The position numbers and the translations under genes were made by a program. The notes under the pieces were generated by a model, which was given only the letters and a program-made list of their open reading frames with translations, ran no database searches and was not told where the DNA came from. A stretch of 64,000 nucleotides of DNA from Gloeobacterales cyanobacterium (GTDB taxonomy: Bacteria > Cyanobacteriota > Cyanobacteriia > Gloeobacterales > PMM-0068): contig JBAUTB010000089.1 in assembly GCA_049582005.1 (NCBI GenBank), forward strand, positions 5,851-69,850, read 5' to 3'. This document shows positions 1 to 10,500 of this stretch, piece after piece (position 1 is the first letter of the stretch; every line of letters begins with the position of its first letter).

Positions 1-596
1 AGAAAGAATTCGCCTGGCTGTAGGGCTTGTTGAATGTGCGTGAGAAAGTGATCACAAGCCTGCTCATCCAGATTGCCCAACGTACTTCCCAGAAAAATAA
101 GCAGGCGACGCGCTAAACCAAAACGGGGAAGCTGGGCTAAGGCCTGCTCATAGGTTCCTGCTAAGCCACAGAGACTCAATTTGGGATACTGACGGAGTAA
201 ATCTAGCGCTGTGGTTTTAAGAATGCCCGCACTGACATCAATCGGGCAATATTGGAGGCGATGATTGAGCTGACTATAGGCCTCAAGGAGCAAGCGCGTT
301 TTACGCGAACTGCCACTCCCTAACTCCACCAATTCACAGGCCCCTGTCAGGTGAGCAATTTCTAAGGCATAGGTTTCCAAAATCACTTGCTCGGTTCGCG
401 TCGGGTAGTACTCTGGCAGGTTACAAATCTGCTCAAACAACTCCGAGCCTCGATCATCGTAGAAGTAGCGGCAGGGCAAAGTCTTAGGCCTCTGCTTCAG
501 CCCCCGGATCACATCATCCCATTCATCCACGGATACTTCAGAGGAGCTCAACGTAATCCAGCGCAGGCGGGAATCCTCATTTTGGACGGTGCTCAC
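1..596 (-). CDS. egtD: L-histidine N-alpha-methyltransferase (ergothioneine biosynthesis EgtD-like), 3' end beyond window start
   Basis: Absent from the ORF track because it runs off the window. My minus-strand translation from GTG (596-594, GGAG 8 nt upstream) gives VSTVQNEDSRLRWITL..YFYDDRGSELFEQICNLPEYYPTRTEQVILE..LVELGSGSSRKTRLLLEA..CPIDVS..FLGSTLGNL, the EgtD-type methyltransferase pattern. Confidence 0.75.
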   Translation of the reverse strand, partial: MSTVQNEDSRLRWITLSSSEVSVDEWDDVIRGLKQRPKTLPCRYFYDDRGSELFEQICNLPEYYPTRTEQVILETYALEIAHLTGACELVELGSGSSRKTRLLLEAYSQLNHRLQYCPIDVSAGILKTTALDLLRQYPKLSLCGLAGTYEQALAQLPRFGLARRLLIFLGSTLGNLDEQACDHFLTHIQQALQPGEFF

Positions 597-686
597 TTTG
601 GGGTCTCCTTTGTTTCTATGGTTTTTGAGCGGGCAAGTACAATAACTCCCTGGCAGCCTGGAAACAGACACTGGCGTAATAAGGAA

Positions 687-3386
687 TTACCGAACCGCAG
701 AAAGCTCTAACAGGGTGGGCTTTTTATGTTGGCCCTCATACTCACCGAATTGCTGAATCAATTTGGCCACCAATCCGGTCCATCCAGTTTGATGACTGGC
801 TCCAATACCCGCGCCATTATCGCCGTGGAAGTATTCATAGAAGAGGACCAGATTTCGCCAATGGGGGTCCGTTTGGAACTTTTCACTGTTTCCATGCACC
901 GGGCGCTGACCCGATGGATTTTGCAAGAAAATTCGGATTAGCCGTTGCGATAATTCGGAAGCTACTTCCCATAGATTCATCATTTTTCCTGAACCCGTAG
1001 GACATTCAACTTTGAAATCGTCGCCCAGGTAATAGTGAAACTTTTGTAGGGACTCGATGAGCAGGAAATTAACGGGGAACCAGACAGGACCACGCCAGTT
1101 AGAGTTACCCCCAAACAAACCACTGCTGGATTCAGCCGGTTCGTAATCCACCCGGAATTGAGTGCCATCCACATCAAAAATGTAGGGATGTTCTGCATGG
1201 AATCTGGAAATTGCCCGAATACCGTAGGATCCCAAAAACTCGGTTTCATCCAGCATTTTTTGGAGAATGCGCTGTAACTTCTCTCGGTAAACAATCGCCA
1301 GCAATCTTCGCTCTCCCATCCCCTCTGTTCTCATACACGCAATATTTTGGGTCAGGTCAGGACGATTCTGGATGAACCATTCCGTGCGTTTCTTAAACCC
1401 TGGCAGTTGGCGTAAGATTTCCGGTTCAATAGTTTCGACCGCAAACAGGGGAATCAGCCCCACCATCGACCTTACTTTTAGTTCAATCTGCCGCTCCGGC
1501 AAATGCAGCACATCATAATAGAATCCTTCTTCGTCGTTCCATAAATTGGCTTCCCCTTCACCAATGTGGTTCATGGCATCGGCAATATAGAGGAAATGCT
1601 CGAAGAATTTGGTGGCAATGTCTTCGTAGACAGGGTTGGTTTTGGCCAGTTCCAGAGCAATCGCCAGCATATTCAAGCAATACATCCCCATCCAACTGGT
1701 GCCATCGGACTGATCGATGTGTCCACCCGTAGGTAAGGCTGCACTGCGGTCGAACACCCCAATATTGTCTAAGCCCAGAAAACCGCCCTGAAAGACATTA
1801 TTGCCCTCAGCATCCTTGCGGTTCACCCACCAGGTAAAGTTGAGCATCAGCTTCTGAAATACGCGTTCTAGAAACTGACGGTCTCCCTGTCCATGCATCT
1901 TTTGCTCAATCTTATAAACGCGCCACGTAGCCCAGGCATGAACGGGAGGGTTCACATCGCCAAAGGCCCACTCATAGGCGGGTATCTGCCCATTCGGATG
2001 CATGTACCATTCCCGTGTCAGGATATCCAGTTGATATTTGGCAAAATCGGGGTCAACCATAGCCAGTGTGATGGTGTGGAAGGCCAGATCCCAGGCCGCA
2101 AACCAGGGATACTCCCACTTGTCAGGCATCGAGAGAATATCTTCGTTATAGAGATGGAACCATTCACGATTTCTACCTCTTTTGCGTTCTGGCGGGGGCG
2201 GGGGTGCTGCTGGATCCCCCTCCAGCCAATCTTCGACTACATAGTGGTAAAACTGCTTACTCCAGAGCATGCCAGCAAAGGCTTGCCGCTGCACATTCCG
2301 CATATCCTCGCTCAGCGGGAAGGGCGTAATCCATTGATAAAATTCATCGGCTTCTTGCTGTCGGAGTTTGAAGATAACATCAAACTCTTTGCCGAAGGGT
2401 TCTTTTAGATCAGGATCATTACTCAGGCGCAACCGAATCGTCTTAGTTTCCCCTGGGCCGACAGTGCGTGTGTAGTGAGCCGCCGCTTTTGTCCCCTTCC
2501 GCTCAGGATTAACAGCCTCTTTTTTGTTTTCTACGATGTAATTGTTAATGCCATCTTTTACATAGGGGGAAGCATTAGAATAACCAAATACTCTTTCGTT
2601 ATTAGTTTCATTTTCGGTGAATAGATATTCCATTTCACCTTGACAATACAACCACCTTTTTTCTAACGTAGGATGAAAGGCTTCAATAACATTCATGCCA
2701 TTACTTGATTGGGTAACGCGAAGCGATGGCTTATTTGTATCTCCGTTCCAGGACCAGGTATTACGAAACCAAAGAGTAGGCAGAACATGCAAAGTCTTGG
2801 CTTCCGGTCCTTGGTTGATTACCTTAATTTGAATCAAAATATCTTCAGCAGAATGCTTGGCATATTCAACGAATACGTCAAAGTAGCGATTCTCCTCAAA
2901 AATCCCCGTGTCTAACAGTTCAAATTCTGGTGCTTGGCGGTTTCTGTATTTATTCTCTTCCACAAGTTGGGTATAAGGAAAGGCTCGATGGGGATATTTA
3001 TAGAGCATTTTCATATAGGAATGGGTCGGGGTATTGTCCAGGTAGAAGTAATATTCTTTGACATCTTCCCCATGATTGCCTTCGCTACCCGTTAGTCCAA
3101 ATAGCCTTTCTTTGAGAATCGGATCTTCCTCATTCCAAAGAGCAAGGGCAAAGCAGAGCTGTTGGTGGTTATCGGAAATGCCAGCGATGCCATCTTCGCC
3201 CCAACGATAGGCACGAGAACGGGCTTGGTCATGACTGAAATAATCCCAAGCGCTGCCATAAGGGCTGTAGTCTTCACGCACCGTCCCCCATTGCCGTTCG
3301 CTTAAGTAGGGTCCCCACCTCCGCCAATGGGTCTTATGGGTGCGGGCTTCTTGTAGCCTTCGTTCTTCTTGGGTTGGAGTTGTCAT
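687..3386 (-). CDS. GH63-like glucosidase (MGH1-like / mannosyl-oligosaccharide glucosidase-related glycoside hydrolase)
   Basis: 899-aa ORF. The N-terminal [40 protein letters not shown] pattern and the C-terminal (alpha/alpha)6-type region ([24 protein letters not shown]) match bacterial GH63-like enzymes as I recall them. Confidence 0.7.
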   Translation of the reverse strand: MTTPTQEERRLQEARTHKTHWRRWGPYLSERQWGTVREDYSPYGSAWDYFSHDQARSRAYRWGEDGIAGISDNHQQLCFALALWNEEDPILKERLFGLTGSEGNHGEDVKEYYFYLDNTPTHSYMKMLYKYPHRAFPYTQLVEENKYRNRQAPEFELLDTGIFEENRYFDVFVEYAKHSAEDILIQIKVINQGPEAKTLHVLPTLWFRNTWSWNGDTNKPSLRVTQSSNGMNVIEAFHPTLEKRWLYCQGEMEYLFTENETNNERVFGYSNASPYVKDGINNYIVENKKEAVNPERKGTKAAAHYTRTVGPGETKTIRLRLSNDPDLKEPFGKEFDVIFKLRQQEADEFYQWITPFPLSEDMRNVQRQAFAGMLWSKQFYHYVVEDWLEGDPAAPPPPPERKRGRNREWFHLYNEDILSMPDKWEYPWFAAWDLAFHTITLAMVDPDFAKYQLDILTREWYMHPNGQIPAYEWAFGDVNPPVHAWATWRVYKIEQKMHGQGDRQFLERVFQKLMLNFTWWVNRKDAEGNNVFQGGFLGLDNIGVFDRSAALPTGGHIDQSDGTSWMGMYCLNMLAIALELAKTNPVYEDIATKFFEHFLYIADAMNHIGEGEANLWNDEEGFYYDVLHLPERQIELKVRSMVGLIPLFAVETIEPEILRQLPGFKKRTEWFIQNRPDLTQNIACMRTEGMGERRLLAIVYREKLQRILQKMLDETEFLGSYGIRAISRFHAEHPYIFDVDGTQFRVDYEPAESSSGLFGGNSNWRGPVWFPVNFLLIESLQKFHYYLGDDFKVECPTGSGKMMNLWEVASELSQRLIRIFLQNPSGQRPVHGNSEKFQTDPHWRNLVLFYEYFHGDNGAGIGASHQTGWTGLVAKLIQQFGEYEGQHKKPTLLELSAVR

Positions 3387-3524
3387 AATATCTTTCCCCC
3401 CTGGCTAAAGAGCATCCTAATTGATTGGATTTGCTGAGTAATCTATCTGGAGTATGGACCTTTACCCTGAAGTAGCCCTTAGGCAATCCTTAGAAAGTGA
3501 TGAGTATTGGGATGGGATATCTTC

Positions 3525-5528
3525 TTATGCTGATTCAGTAGTTGCAACCCAGGCCCGTAGTACTTCTGCCACCGTCCAGGCTTGGGCAATACAGCCCCGT
3601 GGAGCCATCGGTGCATCTCCTTCAAAGATTTCGCTGAGACTGCCCAATCCGTGGGCATAGAGATGGTTAGCCATAGGTGCTAGAAACTGACGAGCTTGAG
3701 CCGGATTGCCATAGACTTTGAGATGCGCCACCGCGAAAGCCCCCAATAACCAACCCCAGACGGTTCCCTGATGATAGGCTGCATCGCGCTGCATCTGATT
3801 ACCCCCATAGTGTCCTTGGTACTGAGGATGATCCGGTGAGAGAGAACGCAACCCGTGGGAAGTGAGCAACATCTGCCCACAGACATCGACCACCGCACGT
3901 TGTTGTTCCAGGGTGAGTAGGGGCAAATGACCATTTCCTCGAGACAACGATACCGCAAAGATTTGGTTAGGCCGCAGCGAAGCATCATTATCTGCAGGAC
4001 CATCGAGCACGTCATAGCAATATCCGGTCTGTTCATTCCAGAATCGCTTAAAGCCTGCAAGAGCATGGTCGGCGAGCGCCTTATACCCTTGGTGGGGCTT
4101 GCCAAGCTGCTGAGCAAAGGTTTCCATGATCCGTAGAGCGTTGTACCAGAGCGCATTCACTTCGATCGGTTTACCCATACGCGGAGTAACCACCCAATCG
4201 CCTACCTTGGCATCCATCCAGGTCAGTTGGACGCCTGCTTCTCCAGCAAAAAGTAAACCATCCGTGGCATCGAGGTGAATGTTGTAGCGGGTGCCACGAA
4301 CGTGCCAGTCAATGATCTCTACCAAAACAGGAAAAAGTTCCCGCAGGAGCTCCTCATCTTTCGTTGCATGCTCATAGGCCCGAATCGCTTCAAAGTACCA
4401 AAGGGTTGCATCAACGGTGTTGTATTCTGGGACTTCGCCGACATCGGGGAAGCGGTTGGGCAGCATTCCCTGATCTATGTACTGGGCAAAGGTATGAAGA
4501 AGAGAACGGGCAACTTCTGAGCGTCCCGTGGCAATCGTCAAACCGGGTAGGCTAATCATCGTGTCCCTACCCCAGTCTCCAAACCAGGGATAGCCCGCGA
4601 TGATCGTCTTGCCGCTAGGCTCATCTAATAGAGGCCGATCCACGATAAATTGGTCAGCCGCAAGAAACAATTGATGAATCCAGGCCGGAATATTTTTGCC
4701 GTTATCGGGGCGATTCGCTCTCCCAATATTGATTATCTTTTGCTCTTGGGCGTGACGGATCTGTAACGCTTCTTCCCCCTTCAGCACTGGCTGCAACTCT
4801 GTGCTAGCCACAAAGGTAAGAGATTCTCCAGAATGGAGGTTGACTTCAAAAGTGGCGATGTGCAGATGATCTTCACGGTCTTCCAGGCCTCGATAACGTT
4901 CTATAGCTAGGTTAAAGCCTCGATACCAATCATGCGCCGGGTCGGCCTGCCCATGGTCACTGAGCAGATACAAAGGCACGGCACCAGGATAGGCGATCAC
5001 CCGAATTCCCTGTTCAACGGGTTCAACGGTCATTTGCCAACCATCACCCTGGGTACTGCCATGATAATCACGGTAGTTGACCAGTGCTTTGAGCGTCAGT
5101 TTGAGTGGTAGTGTGGCGCGGCTTAGCGTGTATCGAACATAGGTAGTATTCGCTCCCTGTTGCATCCACACTCGTTTTTCCAATAGGGCATCGGCACAGG
5201 CAAAGCGCCAGACAGGGATAGTACCATCTAAGGAAAAATGTTCCAGGTGTTGATAGCCATGAGGGCTGACGGTGCCATCTGCCCAGCGGTTAGTAAAAAG
5301 GGCGTAGGTCCGTTCATCATACAAGACAGTTTCATCCAACTTAGTAAGCAACAGGGTACGACCCAGCGGTGGATTCAAGGCCGCAATCAGTAAACCGTGA
5401 TAGCGGCGCGTAAGCATTCCGGCAACGGTGCCAGAGGCATAACCACCGATGCCATTGGTGACCAACCATTCTCGCCATTCTGCAATATCAAGGTCGCCGC
5501 AAATTTCCCGCCCAAATTCGATGCCCAT
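3525..5528 (-). CDS. glycogen debranching enzyme family protein (amylo-alpha-1,6-glucosidase, GDE_N + GDE_C)
   Basis: 667-aa ORF. Motifs EWLVTNGIGGYASGT, GYPWFGDWGRDTMISLPGL, RPNQIFAVSL and PRGCIAQAWTVAEVLR are typical of bacterial/archaeal-type GDE. Confidence 0.8.
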   Translation of the reverse strand: MGIEFGREICGDLDIAEWREWLVTNGIGGYASGTVAGMLTRRYHGLLIAALNPPLGRTLLLTKLDETVLYDERTYALFTNRWADGTVSPHGYQHLEHFSLDGTIPVWRFACADALLEKRVWMQQGANTTYVRYTLSRATLPLKLTLKALVNYRDYHGSTQGDGWQMTVEPVEQGIRVIAYPGAVPLYLLSDHGQADPAHDWYRGFNLAIERYRGLEDREDHLHIATFEVNLHSGESLTFVASTELQPVLKGEEALQIRHAQEQKIINIGRANRPDNGKNIPAWIHQLFLAADQFIVDRPLLDEPSGKTIIAGYPWFGDWGRDTMISLPGLTIATGRSEVARSLLHTFAQYIDQGMLPNRFPDVGEVPEYNTVDATLWYFEAIRAYEHATKDEELLRELFPVLVEIIDWHVRGTRYNIHLDATDGLLFAGEAGVQLTWMDAKVGDWVVTPRMGKPIEVNALWYNALRIMETFAQQLGKPHQGYKALADHALAGFKRFWNEQTGYCYDVLDGPADNDASLRPNQIFAVSLSRGNGHLPLLTLEQQRAVVDVCGQMLLTSHGLRSLSPDHPQYQGHYGGNQMQRDAAYHQGTVWGWLLGAFAVAHLKVYGNPAQARQFLAPMANHLYAHGLGSLSEIFEGDAPMAPRGCIAQAWTVAEVLRAWVATTESA

Positions 5529-5640
5529 AGTTCAATACCTGAGTTGGGATCACTATCTCGAGTATCGGTTATGCACCCCAGAGACGGCTGAATGGAACAT
5601 TAAAAGTTGATGAGGAGCGCATTTTTAGAACATTTCATGA

Positions 5641-5660
5641 AACTTTTCTTGGAAAAAGTT
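5641..5660. repeat. 7-bp inverted repeat AACTTTT-N6-AAAAGTT in an AT-rich divergent intergenic region
   Basis: Read directly from the sequence. It lies between the GDE start (5528, minus) and the clpP start (6026, plus). Function unknown. Confidence 0.3.
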
Positions 5661-6025
5661 CCAGTTTTCCCAAAGAATCCTATTTTTTAGTTTTAGGAAG
5701 AATTTTGTTGGGGAGGAAATTAATAAACTCTATCTATGGAAAAAGTTTTCTAAGAGTGCTATCCCTTTCTTGTATTATCAGAGTCAATTATATGTTCATC
5801 CTTTATAATTGCTTAAATTTTAGTTTAATTGTTTTATTGGGATTAATTTATGCTATCAAAAATCAAAGCATTGACTATGTTTGTGGGCTATAGATTACTA
5901 CAATCAATAATCAAACTAATTTGACAGTTCTTTACGGGTGCCTGAAGGAAAGATTTACGTTAGAGTGTATATATTCAACCTAAGCAGAGCTTACTGAGAT
6001 TTTGCTATTTTTGGAGAGCGCGGAA

Positions 6026-6694
6026 ATGATGAATGATCATCTAAGTAGTAAAATGTCCACCAATTTCAATATTCAGAGTGTCATCCCCACTGTAATTGAG
6101 CAGTCTTCCCGTGGTGAAAAGTCCTTTGATATCTTTTCTAGGCTCTTACGTGAACGGATCATCTACATGGGTACCCCCGTCGATGATATGGTCGCCAACT
6201 TAGTCGTTGCCCAGTTACTCTTCTTAGAAGCCGAGGATCCGGATAAGGATATTTCCCTTTATATTAATTCTCCCGGTGGTTCTATCTCAGCAGGAATGGC
6301 CATTTATGACACCATGAAGCACATCCGCCCGAAAGTATCGACCATCTGCTTGGGGTTGGCGGCGTCTATGGGGGCGTTCTTGTTGTCTGCGGGGGAAAAA
6401 GGTAAGCGTTTATCCCTGCCCAATGCTCGGATTATGATTCACCAGCCCTTAGGGGGAGCTCAAGGACAAGCTACTGATGTCCAAATTATGGCCAAGGAAA
6501 TTCTGTATGCCAAGGGCTTGATTAACAAGTTGCTCGCGGAACATACAGGTCAGCCCATAGAACGTCTTGAGAAAGATACGGACCGGGATTTCTTCATGTC
6601 GGCGGAAGAATCAAAAGAGTATGGCTTGATTGACCAGGTGATTACGAGACGGCCTGATGAAGCTGCTGGTTTAGTCAACGGAAGCAAACTCTAG
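6026..6694 (+). CDS. clpP: ATP-dependent Clp protease proteolytic subunit
   Basis: The catalytic triad context is present ([28 protein letters not shown]), plus [19 protein letters not shown] prefer ATG 6026 (GGAG about 12 nt upstream) over the track's TTG at 6002. Confidence 0.9.
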   Translation: MMNDHLSSKMSTNFNIQSVIPTVIEQSSRGEKSFDIFSRLLRERIIYMGTPVDDMVANLVVAQLLFLEAEDPDKDISLYINSPGGSISAGMAIYDTMKHIRPKVSTICLGLAASMGAFLLSAGEKGKRLSLPNARIMIHQPLGGAQGQATDVQIMAKEILYAKGLINKLLAEHTGQPIERLEKDTDRDFFMSAEESKEYGLIDQVITRRPDEAAGLVNGSKL

Positions 6695-6710
6695 TTCGTC
6701 CTTATACGCT

Positions 6711-6749
6711 GGCAGCCTTCGCCGTTTGCGGGGCTGCTTTCGTGTCTTT
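6711..6749 (+). terminator. putative rho-independent terminator after clpP
   Basis: GGCAGCC (6711-6717) pairs with GGCTGCT (6732-6738), with an internal loop, followed by TTTCGTGTCTTT. The hairpin is imperfect. Confidence 0.4.
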
Positions 6750-6813
6750 GTAAGAAGAAAAAAGATACTCAGGGACCATCTCATTTTGTGATGTCTTTGA
6801 TCAAGACCCAGGC

Positions 6814-7998
6814 CTATTTCTGATCCCCGTCGTGACCATGACCAAAAAGATTGCTAAAGAATCCCTCTATGCCTTCTTTTTTGACTTTCTCCCCATGCAA
6901 ATGGGCAAGCTTTTCTAAAAGATCCCGTTCCTCACGGCTAACTTTCTGGGGAATGGCTACCTTCAGCGTTATCAGGTGGTCTCCACGTTTCATGGGATTA
7001 CCCGGTCTTGGCACTCCCTGTTTTTCTAAGGTGATCACTTTGCCTGGCTGGGTTCCTGCGGCCACATCGATCTCTTTTTCCTGGATATTTTGCTGTTCAA
7101 AGTCGAGAACCTTGACCTTGACTTTACTGCCGAGGATCGCCTGCAAATAGCTTATTTCCACCTCTGAGTAGAGATTTTGACCATCTCTTCTGAAGTATGG
7201 GTCTTGTTCAACGGCGATAAAAACATACAGGTCTCCGGCAGGACCCCCTTTGACGCCAATATCACCCTTTCCACCGACACGGAGTCGGGTGTTGTTGTCC
7301 ACGCCACAAGGCACCTGAATTTCGATATCCTTGCGTTCGACTTTGCGGCCTTTACCCCCACAATCCGTACAGGGATTCGTGACTACTTGACCAGACCCAC
7401 GACATTCTGGACAGGTAGCGACTTGGGTAAAGGTACCAAAAGGAGTGCGCGTAGCCTGTCGCACCTGACCAGCCCCCGCACAGGTGCCGCAGGTAGAAGG
7501 CTTCGTGCCCGGTTTCGCCCCGGTCCCCTGACAGGTCCCACAACCCTGTAAGGTCTGGACGTCTAACTCTTTTTCCACCCCAAAAATAGATTCCGTGAAA
7601 CTCAGGACCACATCGACGCGGCGGTCGTCTCCCCGCTGAGGACCTCCAGCCCTGCGCCCCCCAGCACCGCCAAAGCCTGCTCCACCAAACATACTACCAA
7701 AAGCTTCGAAGAGGTCCGAGAAATCACCAAAATCACCAACCCCCCCCCCGTAATCTCCCCCAGCAGAGGCAGCAGAAGTACCAATCCCTTGCTCCCCAAA
7801 GCGGTCATAGCGGGCACGCGTCTGTTCATCAGACAGCACCTCATAGGCACGGTTGATTTCTTTGAACCGTTCCTCGGCTCCGGGTTCTTTGTTGATATCC
7901 GGATGCAGTTTACGAGCCAATTTTCGGTAAGCTTGTTTGATTTCTTCCTTGTTGGCGCCGCGGCTGACACCCAGGAGGCTATAGAGGTCTTGGGCCAT
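6814..7998 (-). CDS. dnaJ: molecular chaperone DnaJ (type I: J domain, G/F region, four CxxCxGxG zinc-finger repeats)
   Basis: DLYSLLGVSRGANKEEIKQAYRKLARKLHPD, a Gly/Phe-rich linker, and CGTCQGTG / CGTCAGAG / CPECRGSG / CTDCGGKG. Confidence 0.95.
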   Translation of the reverse strand: MAQDLYSLLGVSRGANKEEIKQAYRKLARKLHPDINKEPGAEERFKEINRAYEVLSDEQTRARYDRFGEQGIGTSAASAGGDYGGGVGDFGDFSDLFEAFGSMFGGAGFGGAGGRRAGGPQRGDDRRVDVVLSFTESIFGVEKELDVQTLQGCGTCQGTGAKPGTKPSTCGTCAGAGQVRQATRTPFGTFTQVATCPECRGSGQVVTNPCTDCGGKGRKVERKDIEIQVPCGVDNNTRLRVGGKGDIGVKGGPAGDLYVFIAVEQDPYFRRDGQNLYSEVEISYLQAILGSKVKVKVLDFEQQNIQEKEIDVAAGTQPGKVITLEKQGVPRPGNPMKRGDHLITLKVAIPQKVSREERDLLEKLAHLHGEKVKKEGIEGFFSNLFGHGHDGDQK

Positions 7999-8023
7999 AT
8001 TCCGTTAAGAAACTTAGTAAAAT

Positions 8024-8515
8024 CTATTGTAATGCCTTCAGTTGCCCCAATGCTTCGTAAAGACCAATCCCAACACTGACGGCTAAGTTCAAACTGCGGA
8101 CCGTTGTGTAGGTAGGAATCACCACCTGGGGATGATTTTGACGGATTTCGAGGGGTAATCCCTGGGTTTCAGAGCCAAAAAGTAGCCAATCCCCCGGCTG
8201 ATAACAGAAATCTCGATAGGAAGCCTGGGCATGGGCGCTAAAACAAATAATCCGTTGGGGCTGAATCTGATCTAAAAAAGTTTGCCAATCTCGATGGCAA
8301 ACTAAGCTAACCGCATCCCAGTAATCTAAGCCCGCCCGCTTGAGATGTCGATCGGAAAGCTTGAAGCCCAGAGGTTCAATAAGATGTAGTTTGGTCGCGG
8401 TAGCCGCGCAAGTCCGGGCAATATTGCCTGTATTTGGGGGGATCTCCGGAGTGTATAGGACCACCCCCACAGGGGCACTGGGAACGCTATCAGAGGGAGT
8501 AGAAAAAATCACCAT
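8024..8515 (-). CDS. trmL: tRNA (cytidine/uridine-2'-O-)-methyltransferase TrmL (SpoU/SPOUT family)
   Basis: 163 aa. [28 protein letters not shown] and [14 protein letters not shown] match the SPOUT knot region. Confidence 0.8.
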   Translation of the reverse strand: MVIFSTPSDSVPSAPVGVVLYTPEIPPNTGNIARTCAATATKLHLIEPLGFKLSDRHLKRAGLDYWDAVSLVCHRDWQTFLDQIQPQRIICFSAHAQASYRDFCYQPGDWLLFGSETQGLPLEIRQNHPQVVIPTYTTVRSLNLAVSVGIGLYEALGQLKALQ

Positions 8516-8602
8516 AGAGGTAAAGGGGGCTGCCCTATAGATTGCCGCTTCTACGATATGATGAAGGGCGCATCCATGGTTAGGAAGGTAGGGCAGATCC
8601 CC

Positions 8603-9616
8603 ATGACAATTAAAGTAGCTATCAATGGTTTTGGCCGAATTGGGCGGAATTTCTTGCGTTGTTGGTTAGGCCGTGAAACAACCGGCATTGAAGTAGTCGC
8701 TATCAACGATACTTCAGACCCACATACCAATGCCCACCTGATTCGTTATGATTCCATGCTGGGTAAGTATGAAGGCAAAGTTGAATATGATGACAACTCG
8801 ATCACCGCAGATGGACATGTGATCAAGTGTTTTTCAGACCGCAATCCTGCCAATCTGCCCTGGAGCGCTTTAGGGATTGACTTGGTTATCGAATCTACAG
8901 GAGTATTCGTCTCCCGCGAAGGCGCTTCCAAGCACCTTGAGGCTGGAGCGAAGAAAGTTATGATCACCGCTCCTGGAAAGAATGATGACGGGATGTTTGT
9001 GGTGGGCGTAAATGAACATGAATACACCCATGACAAGGTAATTATTTCCAACGCCTCCTGTACAACGAACTGTCTGGCTCCGATCGTGAAAGTTCTCCAC
9101 GAGAATTTCGGAGTGGTTGCCGGCATGATGACGACCATTCACTCCTACACTGGAGACCAGAGAATTCTAGATGCCAGCCACCGTGATTTACGCCGGGCTC
9201 GGGCTGCGGCAGTGAGCATTGTTCCTACCAGCACAGGGGCTGCTAAGGCCGTCGGTTTGGTTATTCCTGCGCTGAAGGGTAAACTCAATGGTCTAGCCTT
9301 CCGCGTTCCTACCCCTAATGTTTCGGTGGTAGATTTTGTAGCTAGACTAGAAAAGAATGTAATTGCAGAACAGATAAATATTGCTTTGAAAGAAGCTGCT
9401 GCAGGTCCACTCAAAGGTATTCTCAGAGTTTCTGAAGAGCCTCTCGTTTCTATTGATTATCGTGTGACCGATGAGTCATCTATTGTAGATGCTGAATTGA
9501 CCATGGTTATGGATGGAAACATGGTGAAAGTTATCTCCTGGTATGACAACGAGTGGGGCTATTCTCAGCGCGTTGTGGATCTGGCTGAAGTAATGGCAAA
9601 GAAATGGGTTAATTAG
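8603..9616 (+). CDS. gap2: glyceraldehyde-3-phosphate dehydrogenase (cyanobacterial Gap2 type)
   Basis: [30 protein letters not shown] and [12 protein letters not shown] 8603 (AGGAAGG upstream) is preferred to the track's 8558. Confidence 0.9.
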   Translation: MTIKVAINGFGRIGRNFLRCWLGRETTGIEVVAINDTSDPHTNAHLIRYDSMLGKYEGKVEYDDNSITADGHVIKCFSDRNPANLPWSALGIDLVIESTGVFVSREGASKHLEAGAKKVMITAPGKNDDGMFVVGVNEHEYTHDKVIISNASCTTNCLAPIVKVLHENFGVVAGMMTTIHSYTGDQRILDASHRDLRRARAAAVSIVPTSTGAAKAVGLVIPALKGKLNGLAFRVPTPNVSVVDFVARLEKNVIAEQINIALKEAAAGPLKGILRVSEEPLVSIDYRVTDESSIVDAELTMVMDGNMVKVISWYDNEWGYSQRVVDLAEVMAKKWVN

Positions 9617-9636
9617 TTCTTGTTAAAGTGAACCTT

Positions 9637-9668
9637 AAAAAGCAGCGATTTTTCTATCGCTGCTTTTT
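9637..9668 (+). terminator. rho-independent terminator after gap2 (potentially bidirectional)
   Basis: Perfect 13-bp stem AAAAAGCAGCGAT / ATCGCTGCTTTTT with a 6-nt loop TTTTCT. A-run and T-run flanks are built into the stem. Confidence 0.75.
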
Positions 9669-9698
9669 AAGCTGATATGGGGACGCAATATAACGAAC

Positions 9699-9732
9699 TG
9701 AGTATCTATTTCATGCAACCAGGAATAGTTAC
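9699..9732 (-). repeat. degenerate, reverse-oriented copy of the 34-nt intergenic element
   Basis: Shares the 13-nt core TTGCATGAAATAG (reverse complement at 9706-9718) and about 25/34 positions with the copies at 17166 and 55807. Confidence 0.45.
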
Positions 9733-9747
9733 GTCTCCGGTATTCAA

Positions 9748-10335
9748 TTAACTATGTACCCTTGGCTCTGGATAAAGTATTTGGAGAATTGCACTTTCTT
9801 TTTGGCTGAGTTCATGGAGTCTTTGCTCTACCAGAGGTGTTGCGTAATATGCATAGGCAAGGTCTAGGTAAAGGTGCTTATGGCGTTCTTCGGCAATACC
9901 CAGAAAAGCATAAAAATCTTGTAGCTCCGGATCTGGACAGTGCTTGGCTAATAGTTCTAGCCGCTCATGGCTACGTGCTTCGATCAAGCAGGAAATGAGC
10001 ATGGAATCCAATAGGCGATCGGGTTCTTGGGTACGGATCTCCTGTTTGAGATAGTTTCCATAGGGGGCCGGTTTGAGGGTTTTCCATGTCACCCTTCGGC
10101 GCTCTAAGTGGCGATTGACCATCTGGAAATGTTGCAATTCCTCCCGCGCCAGCATTGTCAGCGCCTCCACCAAAACTTGGCGATGGGGATACTGAAAGAG
10201 ATAGCGCATCGCAGTACCCGCCGCTTTTTTTTCACATTGGGCATGGTCCAAAAGGATCATATCCAGATGACTCAGTGCCTGGGTGAGCCATGCCGGTTGG
10301 GTAGGGATGTGAAGTAGATTCATACACAGCATCAT
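9748..10335 (-). CDS. miaE: tRNA-(ms2io6A37)-hydroxylase MiaE (ferritin-like diiron)
   Basis: LLDHAQCEKKAAGTAM, REELQHF, IEARSHERLELLA and AEERHKH carboxylate/His motifs. The start could be any of three Met codons (10335, 10332 or 10323). Confidence 0.75.
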   Translation of the reverse strand: MMLCMNLLHIPTQPAWLTQALSHLDMILLDHAQCEKKAAGTAMRYLFQYPHRQVLVEALTMLAREELQHFQMVNRHLERRRVTWKTLKPAPYGNYLKQEIRTQEPDRLLDSMLISCLIEARSHERLELLAKHCPDPELQDFYAFLGIAEERHKHLYLDLAYAYYATPLVEQRLHELSQKESAILQILYPEPRVHS

Positions 10336-10500
10336 CTATTGTTAGAGGGCACTGCACATAACCTTGGTTTTGCATGCAGCAAGCTACAGAGCTGAAATTC
10401 CTTGGGTAGACCATGCTTTTGACAAGGTATTTATAGGAGTGAATGGTCAGGGGTTACTCTAGTATGCGGGACGGTTTTTGATTTGGACCCTGATAAGGGA

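Noticed and set aside
387-710. 107-aa plus-strand ORF at the window start.
   Set aside because: It is antisense to the clearly recognisable egtD reading frame and the GH63 3' end, and has no family resemblance.
5754-5761. GAGTGCTA resembles one half of the CIRCE heat-shock operator (TTAGCACTC-N9-GAGTGCTAA), upstream of clpP and not far from dnaJ.
   Set aside because: The partner half-site TTAGCACTC is absent 9 nt upstream, so only a half-site is present. This is probably chance.
5705-5893. 62-aa ORF in the AT-rich spacer (MLGRKLINSIYGKSF...).
   Set aside because: Its composition reflects AT-rich DNA (I/L/N/Y/F-rich). There is no RBS and no recognisable family. It is probably spurious.
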